NCBI GenBank assembly: GCA_964057225.1
Contig: OZ059895.1
Span: 19,406,001-19,470,000, forward strand
Length of the DNA stretch: 64,000 nucleotides
From: Auanema rhodensis
Lineage: Eukaryota > Animalia > Nematoda
Direction: 5' to 3'
This document shows, in pieces, positions 55,211 to 64,000 of the stretch (position 1 is its first letter; each line of letters opens with the position of its first letter). The notes under the pieces are model-generated. The model worked only from the letters and a program-made list of their open reading frames with translations. It ran no database searches and had not been told where the DNA came from. Both the position numbers and the translations under genes were made by a program.

Positions 55211-58200
55211 AATTAGCATAAATTAAAGTTCACGTAAATTTCAAAGTCATGGTTACCATGCACCAATATCAATAAAAATTTGTTTTAAGACTAATATGGA
55301 CATGAGAAATCTAATTTTGAAAACCGCATCTCTTCATCTTTCACGTGAAGCGAGTTACATACCAAGTGCACATCACGTGTACACTTAATTAGCATAAATT
55401 AAAGTTCACGTAAATTTCAAAGTCATGGTTACCATGCACCAATATCAATAAAAATTTGTTTTTAGACTAATATGGACATGGGAAATCTATTTTTAAAAAC
55501 CGCATCTCTTCATCTTTCACGTGAAGCGAGTTACATACCAAGTGCACATCACGTGTACACTTAATTAGCATAAATTAAAGTTCACGTAAATTTCAAAGTC
55601 ATGGTTACCATACACCAATATCAATAAAAATTTGTTTTTAGACTAATATGGACATGGGGAATCTATTTTTGAAAACCGCATCTCTTTATCTTTCACGTGA
55701 AGCGAGTTACATACCAAGTGCACATCACGTGTACATTTAATTAGCATAAATTAAAGTTCACGTAAATTTCAAAGTCATGGTTACCATGCACCAATATCAA
55801 TAAAAATTTGTTTTTAGACTAATATGGACATGGGGAATCTAATTTTGAAAACCTCATCTCTTTATCTTTCACGTGAAGCGAGTTACATATCAAGTGCACA
55901 TCACGTGTACATTGAATTAGCATAAATTAAAGTTCACATAAATTTCAAAGTCATGGTTACCATGCACCAATATCAATAAAAATTTGTTTTAAGACTAATA
56001 TGGACATGAGAAATCTAATTTTGAAAACCGCATCTCTTTATCTTTCACGTGAAGCGAGTTACATACCAAGTGCACATCACGTGTACATTGAATTAGCATA
56101 AATTAAAGTTCACGTAAATTTCAAAGTCATGGTTACCATGCACCAATATCAATAAAAATTTGTTTTTAGACTAATATGGACATGGGGAATCTAATTTTGA
56201 AAACCGCATCTCTTCATCTTTCACGTGAAGCGAGTTACATATCAAGTGCACATCACGTGTACACTTGATTAGCATAAATTAAAGTTCACGTAAATTTCAA
56301 AGTCATGGTTAACATGCACCAATATCAATAAAAATTTGTTTTCAGACTAATATGGACATGGGGAATCTAATTTTGAAAACCGCATCTCTTTATCTTTCAC
56401 GTGAAGCGAGTTACATACCAAGTGCACATCACGTGTACATTTAATTAGCATAAATTAAAGTTCACGTAAATTTCAAAGTCATGGTTACCATGCACCAATA
56501 TCAATAAAAATTTGTTTTTAGACTAATATGGACATGGGGAATCTAAGTTTGAAAACCACATCTCTTTATCTTTCACGTGAAGCGAGTTACATATCAAGTG
56601 CACATCACGTGTACATTGAATTAGCATAAATTAAAGTTCACATAAATTTCAAAGTCATGGTTACCATGCACCAATATCAATAAAAATTTGTTATTAGACT
56701 AATATGGACATGGGGAATCTAATTTTGAAAACCACATCTCTTTATCTTCCACGTGAAGCGAGTTACATACCAAGTGCACATCACGTGTACATTTAATTAG
56801 CATAAATTAAAGTTCACGTAAATTTCAAAGTCATGGTTACCATGCACCAATATCAATAAAAACTTGTTTTTAGACTAATATGGACATGGGGAATCTATTT
56901 TTGAGAACCGCATCTCTTTATCTTTCACGTGAAGCGAGTTACATATCAAGTGCACATCACGTGTACATTGAATTAGCATAAATTAAAGTTCACGTAAATT
57001 TCAAAGTCATGGTTACCATGCACCAATATCAATAAAAATTTGTTTTAAGACTAATATGGACATGGGGAATCTAATTTGGAAAACCGCATCTCTTTATCTT
57101 TCACGTGAAGCGAGTTACATACCAAGTGCACATCACGTGTACACTTAATTAGCATAAATTAAAGTTCACGTAAATTTCGAAGTCATGGTTAACATGCACC
57201 AATATCAATAAAAATTTGTTTTAAGACTAATATGGACATGGGGAATCTAATTTGGAAAACCGCATCTCTTTATCTTTCACGTGAAGCGAGTTACATACCA
57301 AGTGCACATCACGTGTACACTTAATTAGCATAAATTAAAGTTCACGTAAATTTCGAAGTCATGGTTAACATGCACCAATATCAATAAAAATTTGTTTTTA
57401 GACTAATATGGACATGGAAAATCTAATTTTGGAAACCGCATCTCTTCATCTTTCACGTGAAGCGAGTTACATATCAAGTGCACATCACGTGTACACTTAA
57501 TTAGCATAAATTAAAGTTCACGTAAATTTCAAAGTCATGGTTAACATGCACCAATATCAATAAAAATTTGTTTTTAGACTAATATGGACATGGGGAATCT
57601 AATTTTGAAAACCGCATCTCTTTATCTTTCACGTGAAGCGAGTTACATACCAAGTGCACATCACGTGTACATTTAATTAGCATAAATTAAAGTTCACGTA
57701 AATTTCAAAGTCATGGTTACCATGCACCAATATCAATAAAAATTTGTTTTTAGACTAATATGGACATGGGGAATCTATTTTTAAAAACCGCATCTCTTCA
57801 TCTTTCACGTGAAGCGAGTTACATACCAAGTGCACATCACGTGTACACTTAATTAGCATAAATTAAAGTTCACGTAAATTTCAAAGTCATGGTTACCATG
57901 CACCAATATCAATAAAAATTTGTTATTAGACTAATATGGACATGGGGAATCTAATTTTGAAAACCACATCTCTTTATCTTCCACGTGAAGCGAGTTACAT
58001 ATCAAGTGCACATCACGTGTACACTTAATTAGCATAAATTAAAGTTCACGTAAATTTCAAAGTCATGGTTACCATGCACCAATATCAATAAAAATTTGTT
58101 TTAAGACTAATATGGACATGAGAAATCTAATTTTGAAAACCGCATCTCTTCATCTTTCACGTGAAGCGAGTTACATACCAAGTGCACATCACGTGTACAC

Positions 58201-61200
58201 TTAATTAGCATAAATTAAAGTTCACGTAAATTTCAAAGTCATGGTTACCATGCACCAATATCAATAAAAATTTGTTTTTAGACTAATATGGACATGGGAA
58301 ATCTATTTTTAAAAACCGCATCTCTTCATCTTTCACGTGAAGCGAGTTACATACCAAGTGCACATCACGTGTACACTTAATTAGCATAAATTAAAGTTCA
58401 CGTAAATTTCAAAGTCATGGTTACCATACACCAATATCAATAAAAATTTGTTTTTAGACTAATATGGACATGGGGAATCTATTTTTGAAAACCGCATCTC
58501 TTTATCTTTCACGTGAAGCGAGTTACATACCAAGTGCACATCACGTGTACATTTAATTAGCATAAATTAAAGTTCACGTAAATTTCAAAGTCATGGTTAC
58601 CATGCACCAATATCAATAAAAATTTGTTTTTAGACTAATATGGACATGGGGAATCTAATTTTGAAAACCTCATCTCTTTATCTTTCACGTGAAGCGAGTT
58701 ACATATCAAGTGCACATCACGTGTACATTGAATTAGCATAAATTAAAGTTCACATAAATTTCAAAGTCATGGTTACCATGCACCAATATCAATAAAAATT
58801 TGTTTTAAGACTAATATGGACATGAGAAATCTAATTTTGAAAACCGCATCTCTTTATCTTTCACGTGAAGCGAGTTACATACCAAGTGCACATCACGTGT
58901 ACATTGAATTAGCATAAATTAAAGTTCACGTAAATTTCAAAGTCATGGTTACCATGCACCAATATCAATAAAAATTTGTTTTTAGACTAATATGGACATG
59001 GGGAATCTAATTTTGAAAACCGCATCTCTTCATCTTTCACGTGAAGCGAGTTACATATCAAGTGCACATCACGTGTACACTTAATTAGCATAAATTAAAG
59101 TTCACGTAAATTTCAAAGTCATGGTTAACATGCACCAATATCAATAAAAATTTGTTTTCAGACTAATATGGACATGGGGAATCTAATTTTGAAAACCGCA
59201 TCTCTTTATCTTTCACGTGAAGCGAGTTACATACCAAGTGCACATCACGTGTACATTTAATTAGCATAAATTAAAGTTCACGTAAATTTCAAAGTCATGG
59301 TTACCATGCACCAATATCAATAAAAATTTGTTTTTAGACTAATATGGACATGGGGAATCTAAGTTTGAAAACCACATCTCTTTATCTTTCACGTGAAGCG
59401 AGTTACATATCAAGTGCACATCACGTGTACATTGAATTAGCATAAATTAAAGTTCACATAAATTTCAAAGTCATGGTTACCATGCACCAATATCAATAAA
59501 AATTTGTTATTAGACTAATATGGACATGGGGAATCTAATTTTGAAAACCACATCTCTTTATCTTCCACGTGAAGCGAGTTACATACCAAGTGCACATCAC
59601 GTGTACATTTAATTAGCATAAATTAAAGTTCACGTAAATTTCAAAGTCATGGTTACCATGCACCAATATCAATAAAAACTTGTTTTTAGACTAATATGGA
59701 CATGGGGAATCTATTTTTGAGAACCGCATCTCTTTATCTTTCACGTGAAGCGAGTTACATACCAAGTGCACATCACGTGTACATTGAATTAGCATAAATT
59801 AAAGTTCACGTAAATTTCAAAGTCATGGTTACCATGCACCAATATCAATAAAAATTTGTTTTAAGACTAATATGGACATGGGGAATCTAATTTGGAAAAC
59901 CGCATCTCTTTATCTTTCACGTGAAGCGAGTTACATACCAAGTGCACATCACGTGTACACTTAATTAGCATAAATTAAAGTTCACGTAAATTTCGAAGTC
60001 ATGGTTAACATGCACCAATATCAATAAAAATTTGTTTTAAGACTAATATGGACATGGGGAATCTAATTTGGAAAACCGCATCTCTTTATCTTTCACGTGA
60101 AGCGAGTTACATACCAAGTGCACATCACGTGTACACTTAATTAGCATAAATTAAAGTTCACGTAAATTTCGAAGTCATGGTTAACATGCACCAATATCAA
60201 TAAAAATTTGTTATTAGACTAATATGGACATGGGGAATCTAATTTTGAAAACCACATCTCTTTATCTTCCACGTGAAGCGAGTTACATACCAAGTGCACA
60301 TCACGTGTACATTTAATTAGCATAAATTAAAGTTCACGTAAATTTCAAAGTCATGGTTACCATGCACCAATATCAATAAAAACTTGTTTTTAGACTAATA
60401 TGGACATGGGGAATCTATTTTTGAGAACCGCATCTCTTTATCTTTCACGTGAAGCGAGTTACATACCAAGTGCACATCACGTGTACATTGAATTAGCATA
60501 AATTAAAGTTCACGTAAATTTCAAAGTCATGGTTACCATGCACCAATATCAATAAAAATTTGTTTTAAGACTAATATGGACATGGGGAATCTAATTTGGA
60601 AAACCGCATCTCTTTATCTTTCACGTGAAGCGAGTTACATACCAAGTGCACATCACGTGTACACTTAATTAGCATAAATTAAAGTTCACGTAAATTTCGA
60701 AGTCATGGTTAACATGCACCAATATCAATAAAAATTTGTTTTAAGACTAATATGGACATGGGGAATCTAATTTGGAAAACCGCATCTCTTTATCTTTCAC
60801 GTGAAGCGAGTTACATACCAAGTGCACATCACGTGTACACTTAATTAGCATAAATTAAAGTTCACGTAAATTTCGAAGTCATGGTTAACATGCACCAATA
60901 TCAATAAAAATTTGTTTTTAGACTAATATGGACATGGAAAATCTAATTTTGGAAACCGCATCTCTTCATCTTTCACGTGAAGCGAGTTACATATCAAGTG
61001 CACATCACGTGTACACTTAATTAGCATAAATTAAAGTTCACGTAAATTTCAAAGTCATGGTTAACATGCACCAATATCAATAAAAATTTGTTTTTAGACT
61101 AATATGGACATGGGGAATCTAATTTTGAAAACCGCATCTCTTTATCTTTCACGTGAAGCGAGTTACATACCAAGTGCACATCACGTGTACATTTAATTAG

Positions 61201-61400
61201 CATAAATTAAAGTTCACGTAAATTTCAAAGTCATGGTTACCATGCACCAATATCAATAAAAATTTGTTTTTAGACTAATATGGACATGGGGAATCTATTT
61301 TTAAAAACCGCATCTCTTCATCTTTCACGTGAAGCGAGTTACATACCAAGTGCACATCACGTGTACACTTAATTAGCATAAATTAAAGTTCACGTAAATT
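55211..61400. repeat. Tandem duplication of a ~16-monomer (2816-bp) block with a 4-monomer (704-bp) internal expansion in the second copy
   Basis: CCATACACC 55612/58428 and AACCTCATC 55854/58670 (offset 2816). TTGAGAACC 59721/60425 (704). GACATGGAAAATC 57411/60931 (3520 = 2816+704). Confidence 0.85.
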
Positions 61401-64000
61401 TCAAAGTCATGGTTACCATACACCAATATCAATAAAAGTTTGTTTTTAGACTAATATGGACATGGGGAATCTAATTTTGAGAACCGCATCTCTTTATCTT
61501 TCACGTGAAGCGAGTTACATACCAAGTGCACATCAGGTGTACATTTAATTAGCATAAATTAAAGTTCACGTAAATCTCAAAGTCATGGTTACCATGCACC
61601 AATATCAATAAAAATTTGTTTTAAGACTAATATGGACATGAGAAATCTAATTTTGAAAACCGCATCTCTTTATCTTTCACGTGAAGCGAGTTACATACCA
61701 AGTGCACATCACGTGTACATTGAATTAGCATAAATTAAAGTTCACGTAAATTTCAAAGTCATGGTTACCATGCACCAATATCAATAAAAATTTGTTTTTA
61801 GACTAATATGGACATGGGGAATCTAATTTTGAAAACCGCATCTCTTTATCTTTCACGTGAAGCGAGTTACATACCAAGTGCACATCACGTGTACATTTAA
61901 TTAGCATAAATTAAAGTTCACGTAAATTTCAAAGTCATGGTTACCATGCACCAATATCAATAAAAATTTGTTTTTAGACTAATATGGACATGGGGAATCT
62001 AATTTTGAAAACCACATCTCTTTATCTTTCACGTGAAGCGAGTTACATACCAAGTGCACATCACTTGTACATTGAATTAGCATAAATTAAAGTTCACATA
62101 AATTTCAAAGTCATGGTTACCATGCACCAATATCAATAACAATTTGTTATTAGACTAATATGGACATGGGGAATCTAATTTTGAAAACCACATCTCTTTA
62201 TCTTCCACGTGAAGCGAGTTACATACCAAGTGCACATCACGTGTACATTTAATTAGCATAAATTAAAGTTCACGTAAATTTCAAAGTCATGGTTACCATG
62301 CACCAATATCAATAAAAACTTGTTTTTAGACTAATATGGACATGGGGAATCTATTTTTGAAAACCGCATCTCTTCATCTTTCACGTGAAGCGAGTTACAT
62401 ACCAAGTGCACATCACGTGTACATTGAATTAGCATAAATTAAAGTTCACGTAAATTTCAAAGTCATGGTTAACATGCACCAATATCAATAAAAATTTGTT
62501 TTTAGACTAATATGGACATGGAGAATCTAATTTTGAAAACCACATCTCTTTATCTTTCACGTGAAGCGAGTTACATACCAAGTGCACATCACGTGTACAT
62601 TGAATTAGCATAAATTAAAGTTCACGTAAATTTCAAAGTCATGGTTACCATGCACCAATATCAATAAAAATTTGTTTTTAGACTAATATGGACATGGAGA
62701 ATCTAATTTTGAAAACCGCATCTCTTTATCTTTCACGTGAAGCGAGTTACATACCAAGTGCACATCAGGTGTACATTTAATTAGCATAAATTAAAGTTCA
62801 CGTAAATCTCAAAGTCATGGTTAACATGCACCAATATCAATAAAAGTTTGTTTTTAGACTAATATGGACATGGGGAATCTAATTTTGAAAACCGCATCTC
62901 TTTATCTTTCACGTGAAGCGAGTTACATACCAAGTGCACATCACGTGTACATTTAATTAGCATAAATTAAAGTTCACGTAAATTTCAAAGTGATGGTTAA
63001 CATGCACCAATATCAACAAAAATTTTTTTTAGACTAATATGGACATGGGGAATCTAATTTTGAAAACCGCATCTCTTTCTCTTTGACGTGAAGCGAGTTA
63101 CATACCAAGTGCACATCACGTGTACACTTAATTAGCACAAATTAAAGTTCACGTAAATTTCAAAGTCATGGTTACCATGCACCAATATCAATAAAAATCT
63201 GTTTTTAGACTAATATGGACATGGGGAATCTAATTTTGAAAACCACACCTCTTTATCTTTCACGTGAAGCGAGTTACATACCAAGTGCACATCACGTGTA
63301 CATTGAATTAGCATAAATTAAAGTTCACGTAAATTTCAAAGTCATGGTTACCATGCACCAATATCAATAAAAATTTGTTTTTAGACTAATATGGACATGG
63401 GGAATCTAATTTTGAAAACCACATCTCTTTATCTTTCACGTGAAGCGAGTTACATACCAAGTGCACATCACGTGTATATTTAATTAGCATAAATTAAAGT
63501 TCACGTAAATTTCAAAGTCATGGTTAACATGCACCAATATCAATAAAAACTTGTTTTTAGACTAATATGGACATGGGGAATCTATTTTTGAAAACCGCAT
63601 CTCTTCATCTTTCACGTGAAGCGAGTTACATACCAAGTGCACATCACGTGTACACTTAATTAGCATAAATTAAAGTTCACGTAAATTTCGAAGTCATGGT
63701 TAACATGCACCAATATCAATAAAAATTTGTTTTTAGACTAATATGGACATGGGGAATCTAATTTTGAAAACCGCATCTCTTTATCTTTCACGTGAAGCGA
63801 GTTACATACCAAGTGCACATCACGTGTACATTTAATTAGCATAAATTAAAGTTCACGTAAATTTCAAAGTCATGGTTACCATGCACCAATATCAATAAAA
63901 ATTTGTTTTTAGACTAATATGGACATGGGGAATCTATTTTTAAAAACCGCATCTCTTCATCTTTCACGTGAAGCGAGTTACATACCAAGTGCACATCACG

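Larger units (their letters stand above)
1..64000. repeat. 176-bp tandem satellite DNA array (~364 monomers, single orientation, extends beyond both window edges); centromeric/pericentromeric-like
   Basis: The AATTAGCATAAATTAAAG start recurs at 1, 177, 353 and onward with a 176-bp period (occasional 175- and 169-bp units) to the end of the window. Monomers differ by only a few substitutions, and I saw no unrelated sequence. Centromeric location is inferred only from monomer size and organisation. Confidence 0.99.
29718..64000. repeat. Right variant domain (subfamily B)
   Basis: Enriched for ACATATCAAG (first ~29865), TTTCGAAG, AATCTG, GTGTATATT, TTTTAAAAACC, GAAACGAG, GTTATTAG, CTTCCACG, ACCGAG and GTGATGG. 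The diagnostic left-domain markers were not seen here. Confidence 0.85.

Noticed and set aside
1-64000. CRISPR array or other repeat-spacer system
   Set aside because: There are no unique spacers; the whole 176 bp repeats with only SNP-level variation, and there is no leader or cas gene.
1-64000. Protein-coding ORF, e.g. a repetitive protein or short ATG-initiated peptides such as ATGGTTACCATGCACCAATATCAATAA
   Set aside because: Consensus monomers have stops in all six frames within positions 3-22, the period is not a multiple of 3, and the short ORFs are only a few codons long with no support.
1-64000. SNP combinations across monomers as an information-carrying code
   Set aside because: The patterns are explained by nested duplication and recombination between monomer types; nothing indicates a readout mechanism.

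Overview
The whole 64-kb window is one uninterrupted, head-to-tail tandem satellite array, all in one orientation. It holds about 364 copies of an AT-rich (~32% GC) 176-bp monomer. Consensus: AATTAGCATAAATTAAAGTTCACGTAAATTTCAAAGTCATGGTTACCATGCACCAATATCAATAAAAATTTGTTTTTAGACTAATATGGACATGGGGAATCTAATTTTGAAAACCGCATCTCTTTATCTTTCACGTGAAGCGAGTTACATACCAAGTGCACATCACGTGTACATTT. I find no genes, RNA genes, transposons or CRISPR arrays; consensus monomer positions 3-22 carry stop codons in all six frames. Monomer length, homogeneity and nested duplications resemble a eukaryotic centromeric or pericentromeric satellite, but this is inference and I cannot assign a family or species. Internal structure: (1) two variant-defined domains with a sharp boundary near 29.5-29.7 kb; (2) nested higher-order repeats and duplications with offsets of 2, 3, 4, 6, 11, 13, 16, 20, 30 and 46 monomers; (3) three copies of a rearranged 169-bp monomer with a templated-insertion repair scar, whose apparent unrearranged ancestor survives at 32181-32356; (4) a monomer rich in dyad symmetries and CACGTG motifs, with transition variants at all five CpGs. 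I found no evidence of a new gene-encoded system; the interest lies in how the array evolved. All offsets were counted by eye from marker SNPs and should be confirmed computationally.
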